DNA of 64,000 nt from contig DHGC01000054.1 of the NCBI GenBank assembly GCA_002402585.1, positions 10,972 to 74,971 of the forward strand, in the 5' to 3' direction. Under the pieces are notes generated by a model. The model had not been told where the DNA came from. It worked only from the letters and a program-made list of their open reading frames with translations, and did not search any database. Shown in pieces: positions 46,126 through 54,172 of the stretch. Each line of letters begins with the position of its first letter. Position 1 is the stretch's first letter. The DNA is from Erysipelotrichaceae bacterium UBA4808 (lineage in GTDB: Bacteria > Bacillota_I > Bacilli_A > Erysipelotrichales > Erysipelotrichaceae). Both the position numbers and the translations under genes were made by a program.

Positions 46126-47842
46126 TGTAGATACTCTCCTTTGTATAGAGTTGATAATAAACCCCCTCCAAAGACATTAAGTCTTCGTGACAACCCTCTT
46201 CCACGATCCCATGAGGTGTCAATACATAAATCCAATCCGCATCCTTGATCGTTGATAAACGATGCGCCACAATCAAACTGGTTCGATCTTTACTCAGTTC
46301 ATTTAGTGTTTTCTGGATTTCCTTTTCTGTTTGGTTATCCAAGGCACTCGTTGCTTCATCAAAAATCAAGATCTTAGGATTCTTCAAAAATACCCGAGCC
46401 AAAGCAATGCGTTGTCTCTGACCACCTGAAAGCGTCACCCCGCGTTCACCAATTTGTGTATGGATGCCTTCTTCCAACTGTTCAATGAAATCCCATGCCT
46501 GAGCCTTCTTAGCGGCTTCGATGACCTCTTCTTCACTTGCATCCACTTTTCCATAACGAATGTTCTGTAAAATCGTACCGCCAAAAATGAAAACATCTTG
46601 TTGGACGATGCCAATGTGTTGTCTTAAACTATTGAGTTGGATTTCTTGAATATCCTTACCATCGATTAAGATTCGTCCATCACTTAATTCATAGAAACGT
46701 GGTATCAAACTGCAAAGTGTCGATTTACCACCACCACTCGGTCCAACAAAAGCAACCTTCGTACCTGCCTCGATGGTTAACGAAAGATCTTTCAATACAT
46801 GCCGATCACCTTTTTCATCATACTGGAAGCTTACATTTTTAAAAGTGATTTCACCTTTGATATCATCCAATACTTGCGCATGCTCATGGTCCTTCTGCTT
46901 TGGAATCTCCATGATTTCAATGAAACGTTCAAACCCAGCCATGGCTTGGTTGTACATCATGATGAACGCAGAAATCTTTGTGATGGGTTGTTGGAATAAT
47001 TGAACGTAAAGGATGAACTCAACCAATGAACCCACCGTCATCCGTTCCTGAATAACCAGATAACCGCCCACGAATAGAACCATCCATGTGATCAACATGA
47101 CAAAGAACTTCACGGTTACACCGAACTCCGCCATCACCTTCAACGCACCTTGACGAGAAACCAAGAAGCGTGCATTGCCTAATGCGAAATCCTCACTCTC
47201 ACTCTCTTCAGCTGTAAAAGCCTTGACGACACGAATACCCGAGAAGTTACTTTCAACACGAGCATTGATTTCAGCCAAACGCTCACGCATGACACGAAAC
47301 GCCTTACGAAACTTGAGATTCTGGCGAACCCCGATGAAAATCATCAAAGGCACCAAAATGGTCATGACAATCGCCAATTCCAGATTGCTGGTGTACATCA
47401 TGTAGAAGCTTCCTACCAACAAAACAATTGATATGAGAAGATCTTCTGGACCATGGTGCGCGACTTCTGAGATGTCATTCAAATCATTGACCAAACGTGA
47501 CATCAGTTTACCCACCTTCATACGATCGAAATACTGAATGGGTAACCCTTGGATATGATTGAAGAGATCATTTCGCATATCACGTTCCATCCGAACGCCC
47601 AAGACATGCCCCCAATACTCCACAACATACTGTAGTAACACACGCACAATAAAAAACATCCCCAAAATCAACAACCATCCGATCAAACGTTGGAATTTCT
47701 GCTCAGGTATGATGCTGGAAATCAGATAATTCGTGAAGCGCGGTGTGATCAAATCAATGGATGCGATTAAAATTGCTGAAAGGATATCCAACAAAAAGAG
47801 ATGCTTATACGGTTTGTAGTAGGTGATGAATCTTTTTATCAT
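46112..47842 (-). CDS. ABC exporter, fused permease + ATPase half-transporter (type I, MsbA/LmrA-like)
   Basis: It has six predicted N-terminal TM helices, Walker A GPSGGGKST, the signature LSGGQRQRIALAR and Walker B ILIFDEATS. It is 576 aa. Confidence 0.9.
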   Translation of the reverse strand: MIKRFITYYKPYKHLFLLDILSAILIASIDLITPRFTNYLISSIIPEQKFQRLIGWLLILGMFFIVRVLLQYVVEYWGHVLGVRMERDMRNDLFNHIQGLPIQYFDRMKVGKLMSRLVNDLNDISEVAHHGPEDLLISIVLLVGSFYMMYTSNLELAIVMTILVPLMIFIGVRQNLKFRKAFRVMRERLAEINARVESNFSGIRVVKAFTAEESESEDFALGNARFLVSRQGALKVMAEFGVTVKFFVMLITWMVLFVGGYLVIQERMTVGSLVEFILYVQLFQQPITKISAFIMMYNQAMAGFERFIEIMEIPKQKDHEHAQVLDDIKGEITFKNVSFQYDEKGDRHVLKDLSLTIEAGTKVAFVGPSGGGKSTLCSLIPRFYELSDGRILIDGKDIQEIQLNSLRQHIGIVQQDVFIFGGTILQNIRYGKVDASEEEVIEAAKKAQAWDFIEQLEEGIHTQIGERGVTLSGGQRQRIALARVFLKNPKILIFDEATSALDNQTEKEIQKTLNELSKDRTSLIVAHRLSTIKDADWIYVLTPHGIVEEGCHEDLMSLEGVYYQLYTKESIYNEHE

Positions 47843-47844
47843 AC

Positions 47845-47872
47845 AAATATAAAACCCGATTCAACGGGTTTA
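47845..47872 (-). terminator. intrinsic terminator at the 3' end of the structured RNA, ending ~9 nt before the ABC exporter ATG
   Basis: The minus strand reads AAACCCG-ttgaat-CGGGTTT followed by TATATTTGT and then the ATG. Confidence 0.6.
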
Positions 47873-48026
47873 AATAGAGTCCCAAAAGGTGATATATTCC
47901 CTGGTTTATCAGGTGGGTAACATGTGCTTAATCTTAGGATTCCAAGCAATGCCCGGCATTCACACAACTAAGCAACTTCCGTTTCCCTTATATCGAAGTG
48001 TCGGAAATAACGTGATCCTTTTGGGT
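47850..48026 (-). ncRNA. structured non-coding RNA with its own promoter and terminator; candidate 6S RNA (alternative: cis-acting leader of the ABC exporter)
   Basis: This is an ORF-free 203-nt gap. The 5' CCCAAAAGG (48025-48017) pairs perfectly with CCUUUUGGG (47889-47881). The helix continues with UAUUUCC/GGGAAUA. There is an internal hairpin ACUUC...GAAGU and an apical hairpin AAUGC-CGG-GCAUU. As I recall, Bacillus 6S-1 (bsrA) also lies directly downstream of aspS. Confidence 0.45.
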
Positions 48027-48032
48027 AATTAA

Positions 48033-48041
48033 ATTATACCA
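48033..48041 (-). promoter_or_regulatory. extended -10 promoter TGGTATAAT driving the structured RNA
   Basis: The minus strand reads TTATGGTATAATTTAATTACCC. A TTGCAA -35-like hexamer lies at 48059-48054 (15-nt spacer) inside the aspS 3' end. Confidence 0.5.
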
Positions 48042-48045
48042 TAAA

Positions 48046-49791
48046 TTATTCTTTTGCAATCAAGAGATGCAATTCTTCTAATTGTTTCATCTCAACTGGG
48101 CTTGGCGCATCCGTTAAAGGACAACGTGCGGACGCGTTCTTAGGGAAGGCAATGACATCACGTAATGAATCGGATTGTGTCAATACCATTGCAAAACGAT
48201 CCAAACCAAATGCAATGCCACCATGTGGAGGCGTACCGTATTTAAACGCATCGACGAAGAAGCCAAAACGTTCTTGGATTTGCTCTTGTGTAAAGCCAAT
48301 CAACTCAAACATGGTTCTTTGCATCGTTTGGTCATAAATTCGCATCGATCCACCCGCAATCTCAAAACCATTCAAAACCAAATCATAAGCATGCGCCTTC
48401 GCTAATTCAGGATGCGCTTTAAGCTCTTCCACAGAACTAACTTTTGGACGTGTGAACGGATGATGCTTCGCAACATAACGCCCATTTTCATCATCATATT
48501 CAAAGAGCGGGAAATCCACGACCCAAAGATACGAGAAATCCGCTTTTGACGTAAGATTCAATTTATCACGAAGTGCTAAACGAACAGCACCCAATGCACT
48601 GGCTGCTCTTTCCCAACGATCAGCTGTAAGTAGTACCAAATCCTGTCCCTTCAAATTGAGTTGTTCGATCAATGATTTGCATTGTTCATCACTGAAGAAT
48701 TTAACCGCACTCCCTTCTAGCTGAGCATTGACATACTTCAAAGCCACTAGAGCCTTTGTACCATTCTTCTTCGCAACATCTGTTAATGCATCCACTTCTT
48801 TACGAGTGAAATGTGCACCATCATTAACAACAATTGCTTTTATGGAGCCATCCTTGAGACCTAAAGCATTCTGGAAGATTGGGAATTCGGTCTCTACAAA
48901 AATATCCTTAACTTCATTTAACTTCAAACCGAACCGATTATCCGGTTTATCACTTCCATACTGATCCATCGCATCTTGGTACGATAATTTTAAGAAAGGT
49001 GTTTTGACCTCTAGATGCAAGACAGCCTTCATCACATCCTTGACCATCAATTCAATCAAGTCTTGGAACTCATGTTCATCTAAGAATGAAGTTTCGATAT
49101 CGACTTGTGTAAAGTCCAGTTGACGATCCGCACGCAAATCTTCATCTCTAAAACAACGCGCAATCTGATAATAACGCTCAATCCCAGAAATCATAAGCAA
49201 TTGCTTAAAGATTTGAGGCGACTGTGCCAATGCATAGAATTCACCCGCATGCACACGCGAAGGAACCAAATACTCACGTGATCCCTCTGGTGTGGATTTG
49301 GTAAGCATTGGTGTTTCCACATCAATGAAACCATTGTCATCTAAATAGTTACGCATCGTCCGGACGATCTTAGCTCTTTGCATCAACTTCTTCTGCATCT
49401 CAGGACGACGCAAATCGAGATAGCGATATTTCAACCGTGTGTCTTCCAAGGCATCCGTTTCATCTTGAATAATCAACGGTGTTAATTCCGCTTGATTGAT
49501 GATTTTGAATGCATTGACTTTAACTTCAACCTCACCGGTTGCCAATTTTGGATTCGCATCTTTGCGTTGAATGACTTCTCCGCTGATTTGCAAAATATAT
49601 TCATTACGCACATCTTTGATTTGTTCACTGATGGACTCATCAAACACACACTGTGTGATGCCTTCGCGATCGCGTAAATCGATGAAAACGATGGATCCAA
49701 AATTACGACGTTTGCTGACCCAACCCACTAAAGAAACATTCTGATTGAGATTGCTTGTATTCAATTCCCCACAATGATGTGTTTTAAGCAT
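48046..49791 (-). CDS. aspS: aspartate--tRNA ligase
   Basis: It has class IIb motifs (FRDEDLRADRQLDFTQVD, GGSMRIYD, GGIAFGLDR) and an N-terminal OB domain. The ATG at 49791 overlaps the hisS end by 8 nt. Confidence 0.95.
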   Translation of the reverse strand: MLKTHHCGELNTSNLNQNVSLVGWVSKRRNFGSIVFIDLRDREGITQCVFDESISEQIKDVRNEYILQISGEVIQRKDANPKLATGEVEVKVNAFKIINQAELTPLIIQDETDALEDTRLKYRYLDLRRPEMQKKLMQRAKIVRTMRNYLDDNGFIDVETPMLTKSTPEGSREYLVPSRVHAGEFYALAQSPQIFKQLLMISGIERYYQIARCFRDEDLRADRQLDFTQVDIETSFLDEHEFQDLIELMVKDVMKAVLHLEVKTPFLKLSYQDAMDQYGSDKPDNRFGLKLNEVKDIFVETEFPIFQNALGLKDGSIKAIVVNDGAHFTRKEVDALTDVAKKNGTKALVALKYVNAQLEGSAVKFFSDEQCKSLIEQLNLKGQDLVLLTADRWERAASALGAVRLALRDKLNLTSKADFSYLWVVDFPLFEYDDENGRYVAKHHPFTRPKVSSVEELKAHPELAKAHAYDLVLNGFEIAGGSMRIYDQTMQRTMFELIGFTQEQIQERFGFFVDAFKYGTPPHGGIAFGLDRFAMVLTQSDSLRDVIAFPKNASARCPLTDAPSPVEMKQLEELHLLIAKE

Positions 49792-51097
49792 GTTCTCCTC
49801 CATGATCATGATCACAAACATGATCTTCATTCAACCAATGATCCAATTGATGCAAGATTTCGTCTTCACCCAAAGTGACTTGTTCCTGCGTTTCAATATT
49901 CTTTAAAACCATCTGTCCTTTTGCCATTTCATTTTGACCTAATAGAATCGCAACTTTCGCACCCTTACGTTCAACTGTTTTGAACTGAGCTTTAAACGAA
50001 CGACGATAATAATCATAGTCCGCCTTATACCCATTCAAACGTAAATAATTACTCAAATGATACGCATAATCCAAGGCTTCATCATCCAAGGTCACGCAAT
50101 AGACATCAATGCCTTCTTCTTGGACCAATTCAACGCCTTCCGCATCCAGGGCGACCAACAAGCGCTCAATTCCCATGCCAAAGCCGATGCCACTCATTTT
50201 CGGTCCACCCAATTCTTCAACGAGTTGATCATAACGACCACCTCCAAAGACAGTCGCTTGCGAGCCCATATCTTTATTGACACTGACGACTTCAAAGACC
50301 GTGTGTGTATAGTAATCTAAACCTCGAACTAATCGATCGGAGATTTCAACCTCAACGCCACTGTCCTTCAAAACACTTACCAATTGATCAAAATAGGCTT
50401 TTGATTCTTCATTCAAGTAATCTTGTAGACGAGGTGCACTGAGCATACTCGCATGTTCCGCATCCACTTTGCAATCTAGGATACGTAATGGATTCTGTTC
50501 ATAACGACGTTGGCAATCGCCACACATCGTATGAATATCCGCCTCAAAATGTTTCTTCAGAGCCTCTTTATACGCTTGTCGACTTTCTTGGTCCCCTAAG
50601 GTGTTGACCAAGACTTTTAAATCATTCAAACCGAGCGTTCTAACAAAGGTTAGACCTAAGCCAATAACCTCCGCATCGATATAAGGTGTTTTATCACCCA
50701 AAACCTCGATTCCAAATTGATGATGGATCCGCATCCGCCCTTTTTGAGGACGTTCGTAGCGGAAACACGGACTCACGTAATAGTATTTAAACGGTGAATC
50801 CGGCTGCGTATACCATTTGTTCTCAACAAAACTCCGGATCAAACCGGCTGTGCCTTCAGGCTTCAAACTTAAAGACCGCTCACCGCGATCCATAAAGGTA
50901 TACATTTCCTTATTGATCACATCACTCGAGTCATTGGCACGCGCAAAGACTTCCGTATGCTCAAATTCTGGCGTACGAACTTCTTCGTAACCATAAACCT
51001 GCATCATTTCACGAATCAATTGCTCGATTTTATGCCACTTCTTGATTTCTTTACCATAAACATCTTGTGTTCCTCTTGGAACTTGATACTTTGACAT
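49784..51097 (-). CDS. hisS: histidine--tRNA ligase
   Basis: It has MSKYQVPRGTQDVYG..., class II motifs and a HisRS-type anticodon domain. The ATG at 51097 follows a AAGGAGG SD. Confidence 0.95.
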   Translation of the reverse strand: MSKYQVPRGTQDVYGKEIKKWHKIEQLIREMMQVYGYEEVRTPEFEHTEVFARANDSSDVINKEMYTFMDRGERSLSLKPEGTAGLIRSFVENKWYTQPDSPFKYYYVSPCFRYERPQKGRMRIHHQFGIEVLGDKTPYIDAEVIGLGLTFVRTLGLNDLKVLVNTLGDQESRQAYKEALKKHFEADIHTMCGDCQRRYEQNPLRILDCKVDAEHASMLSAPRLQDYLNEESKAYFDQLVSVLKDSGVEVEISDRLVRGLDYYTHTVFEVVSVNKDMGSQATVFGGGRYDQLVEELGGPKMSGIGFGMGIERLLVALDAEGVELVQEEGIDVYCVTLDDEALDYAYHLSNYLRLNGYKADYDYYRRSFKAQFKTVERKGAKVAILLGQNEMAKGQMVLKNIETQEQVTLGEDEILHQLDHWLNEDHVCDHDHGGEHA

Positions 51098-51323
51098 ATT
51101 TGCCTCCTTGAATAAAAAAAGCCTCCAGTTAAGGACGCTTTCACGTGGTACCACCTTAATTTGTATTAAAAATACACACTCAAGTCGATAACGGGATGAC
51201 CGTCTACTTCTACTAAGTTCAAAGTAGCTTCTCCTAGGTGTCGATTCAATAGTTGATTTGGAAATTGCACCCTACATTCCATCTCTAAATAATCAAACTA
51301 TCAAACTTCCTAATCATTGAATT
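51098..51323 (-). promoter_or_regulatory. T-box riboswitch leader of hisS-aspS; specifier most likely GAC (tRNA-Asp)
   Basis: The minus strand shows Stem I with an AGAGA bulge and a distal loop UGUAGGGUGCAA. The specifier loop reads ...UGAAUC-GAC-A directly before the closing helix CCUAG. The T-box sequence is AAUUAAGGUGGUACCACG. A terminator AAAGCGUCC-uuaacu-GGAGGCUUU plus a U7 run lies at 51141-51112. Confidence 0.85.
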
Positions 51324-51329
51324 TATCCT

Positions 51330-51358
51330 ATAATAGCACAGTTTAAAAAGTCCGACAA
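51330..51358 (-). promoter_or_regulatory. candidate sigma-A promoter of the T-box leader (TTGTCG-17-TATTAT)
   Basis: On the minus strand the -35 is at 51358-51353 (overlapping the relA stop codon region) and the -10 at 51335-51330. Confidence 0.4.
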
Positions 51359-53557
51359 CTAATTCTGAGCACGATGCACTTCAAAAACATTTTCAATCTT
51401 CTTAAGATTTGCAATGACGACTTTTAGATGTTCCGCATCACTGACAACAACATTCATGTAGGTTGTCGCTGTTACTTTATCTTCGTTAACAGTCGAATTA
51501 ACAGCGACCAAACCCGCTTTGCATTGACTGATGATGGTCACCAAATCTGAAATCAAGAACGAACGGTCCTGAGCCAAGATATAGAGTTTTACTTCATACT
51601 TACCTTCTTTGCGTTCATCATCCCATTCCACATGGATCAAGCGTTTTGTTTCATACTTGATGTTGATGCAATCCTTACGATGAACCTTTACACCTTGGCC
51701 TTTTGTGATGAAGCCTACGATATCATCGCCAGGTACCGGTGCGCAACATCCCGCCAAACTGATCATCATGGATTCAACTCCAGAGACTCGAATACCCGAT
51801 TTAGAAACGGTTTTCTTGACTTGAGTGTTTCTGAAGACACGATCCAAATTGAAGCCATCCAACAAGCCTCGTTTTTGAACATTCAAACGTTCAAAGACAG
51901 CAGACAATGACAGCGATTTAACAGCGATGGCATAATAAAAATCATTTAAATTACTCACCGTGAAATGTTGGAAGACATTTTCCAGACGTTTGCTTGTGAT
52001 GAGCTCTTTTTCATCGATATTGCGTTTTCTACATTCTTCTTTAAAGAGATGCTCACCTTTTTCTACATAGATGGAGCGATCATCCATTTCTTTCTTCTGA
52101 AGATAATTCCGGATCTTCGATTTTGCATGCGTTGTTTTTACAATCTTCAGCCAGTCTTCAGAGGGCCCATTGGACTGTTTAGAGGTCTTGATTGAAACGA
52201 CATCACCAGTTTTTAAAGGTGTGTTCAATGGAACCAGAACATTGTTCACAATGGCTCCAACAGTCGCATGTCCAACTTCGGTATGGATACGATACGCAAA
52301 ATCCAAAGGTGTCGCACCATTTGGTAAATCAATGACACGTCCCTTCGGTGACATGACATAAACATTCGCTTCAAAGACATCATGCGTTAGAATATCCATA
52401 TATTCATCCGCATCTTTACTCTCTTGCGTCAGATTACCGAAATCCTTGAACCAAGAGAGACGATCTTCAATCTCTTTCTGATTCTTCTCAGGGGTGAACT
52501 TGGAACCTTCTTTGTAATGCCAATGTGCCGCAATCCCCTTTTCTGCAATCGAATCCATCTCTTCAGTTCGAATCTGAACTTCATAGATGCTTCCACCTTC
52601 ACCAACAATCGTAGTGTGCAAGGATTGATACATATTCATCTTCGGCATCGCGATATAATCTTTTAAACGTCCTGGAATGGGACGATAATCCGCATGGATG
52701 TAACCTAATATCTCATAGCACGAGACCTTATCTGTCGTTACAATACGGATCGCATGCAGATCCAAAATCTCATCAAAACGTTTGTTTTTAGTCGTCATTT
52801 TTTTGTAGATGCTATAAAGATGTTTAGAGCGACCAAAGATTCTAAATTTGATTTTATTTTCAGTCAAAAGCGCACTGATGTCTTTGATCATCGTATTGAC
52901 TTGAAGATCACGTTCCGTTTTCCGCATTTCGACAAGATGCGCAACTTCATAGTATTTATCTGGATAGAGGTAATAGAAACTTAAATCCTCAAGTTCATTC
53001 TTGATCTCACTGATCCCCAAACGATGTGCGATTGGCGCATAGACATCCAAGGTTTCTGCTGCTATCTTCTTCTGTTTGATCTCACTCATGAACTGCAAGG
53101 TTCGCATATTATGCAAACGGTCCACTAGCTTGATTAGGATAACACGGATGTCTTTGGCCATCGCAATGAAAATCTTGCGATGATTGACCGCCATGTATTC
53201 TTTTTCATCTTTGAACTCAATATTACCAATCTTGGTAACCGATTCAACCAAAGTTGCGATTTCATCATCAAATTCAGCAGCCAATTGTTCTTTGGAAATG
53301 TCACAATCTTCGATCACATCATGAAGCAAACCCGCCGCAATCGCCTTGGGCCCAACTTTCAAATCCGCAAGAATGTAAGCCACGTTCATAAGGTGAACGA
53401 TATAAGGTTCACCACTTTTTCTGAATTGAGTCTTGTGTTTATCCGATGCATAAAGAAAAGCTCTTTGAATCAAATCCAAAGCTTCTTTGTCTGGATTCAC
53501 CGCTCGAACGAGATCGAGAATCGCTTCAATTGTGACCTCTAGTTGTTTTCTTTGCAT
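51359..53557 (-). CDS. relA: bifunctional (p)ppGpp synthetase/hydrolase Rel (RelA/SpoT homolog)
   Basis: It has the HD hydrolase motif (LLHDVIEDC), a synthetase domain, and TGS and ACT C-terminal domains. It is 732 aa and follows apt as in Bacillus. Confidence 0.9.
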   Translation of the reverse strand: MQRKQLEVTIEAILDLVRAVNPDKEALDLIQRAFLYASDKHKTQFRKSGEPYIVHLMNVAYILADLKVGPKAIAAGLLHDVIEDCDISKEQLAAEFDDEIATLVESVTKIGNIEFKDEKEYMAVNHRKIFIAMAKDIRVILIKLVDRLHNMRTLQFMSEIKQKKIAAETLDVYAPIAHRLGISEIKNELEDLSFYYLYPDKYYEVAHLVEMRKTERDLQVNTMIKDISALLTENKIKFRIFGRSKHLYSIYKKMTTKNKRFDEILDLHAIRIVTTDKVSCYEILGYIHADYRPIPGRLKDYIAMPKMNMYQSLHTTIVGEGGSIYEVQIRTEEMDSIAEKGIAAHWHYKEGSKFTPEKNQKEIEDRLSWFKDFGNLTQESKDADEYMDILTHDVFEANVYVMSPKGRVIDLPNGATPLDFAYRIHTEVGHATVGAIVNNVLVPLNTPLKTGDVVSIKTSKQSNGPSEDWLKIVKTTHAKSKIRNYLQKKEMDDRSIYVEKGEHLFKEECRKRNIDEKELITSKRLENVFQHFTVSNLNDFYYAIAVKSLSLSAVFERLNVQKRGLLDGFNLDRVFRNTQVKKTVSKSGIRVSGVESMMISLAGCCAPVPGDDIVGFITKGQGVKVHRKDCINIKYETKRLIHVEWDDERKEGKYEVKLYILAQDRSFLISDLVTIISQCKAGLVAVNSTVNEDKVTATTYMNVVVSDAEHLKVVIANLKKIENVFEVHRAQN

Positions 53558-53561
53558 GGAA

Positions 53562-53587
53562 ACCTATCTTTTAAAAATCGAAGACAA
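53562..53587 (-). terminator. intrinsic terminator-like hairpin between apt and relA
   Basis: The minus strand reads ATCGAAGA-cttg-TCTTCGAT followed by TTTTTAAAAG, ending ~10 nt before the relA ATG. Confidence 0.45.
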
Positions 53588-53595
53588 GTCTTCGA

Positions 53596-54111
53596 TTAAT
53601 CATAATTAACTAAAGTGAATATTGGATAGCCCTTAAGCACATCGCGTCCTTTGAGAGCGTCAAGTTCAATCAAGAAGGCACAACCAACGACGATGCCACC
53701 CAATTGCTCAATCAAACGAATCGTTGCTTCCACGGTACCACCTGTCGCCAATAAGTCATCGACAATCAAAACACGTTGCCCAGGTTTGATGCTGTCTTTA
53801 TGAACATGGAGTTCATTCTTTCCATATTCCAAAGCATAGCTGAAACTAACTGTTTCGCGTGGCAATTTGCCTGGTTTGCGAACAGGCACAAAGCCGATAC
53901 CAAGTTCAAATGCAACGGGACAACCAAAAATAAAGCCACGGGATTCAGGTCCAACAACGATTTCCGCATTGACTTCACGTGCAAATTGGACGACTTCTTG
54001 GGTTGCACTATGAAATGCTTCCCCATCACCCATCAAAGGTGTGATGTCTCTAAATAAAATACCTTCAATCGGAAAATCTTGAATGTCTGCTATATATTTT
54101 TTATAGTCCAT
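53596..54111 (-). CDS. apt: adenine phosphoribosyltransferase
   Basis: It has [26 protein letters not shown] and the PRPP motif [13 protein letters not shown]. The ATG at 54111 follows GGAGATAGG. Confidence 0.9.
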   Translation of the reverse strand: MDYKKYIADIQDFPIEGILFRDITPLMGDGEAFHSATQEVVQFAREVNAEIVVGPESRGFIFGCPVAFELGIGFVPVRKPGKLPRETVSFSYALEYGKNELHVHKDSIKPGQRVLIVDDLLATGGTVEATIRLIEQLGGIVVGCAFLIELDALKGRDVLKGYPIFTLVNYD

Positions 54112-54172
54112 ACCTATCTCCTGTAACACAACTATTATAGCAAAACATAAACAAATTACAAGAAAACTAACA

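Noticed and set aside
51238-51242. A dual Asp/His specifier (GACAC) as a firm claim.
   Set aside because: Only GAC is followed by the conserved purine and then the helix. CAC would need a register shift into the stem. I kept it as a low-interest note only.
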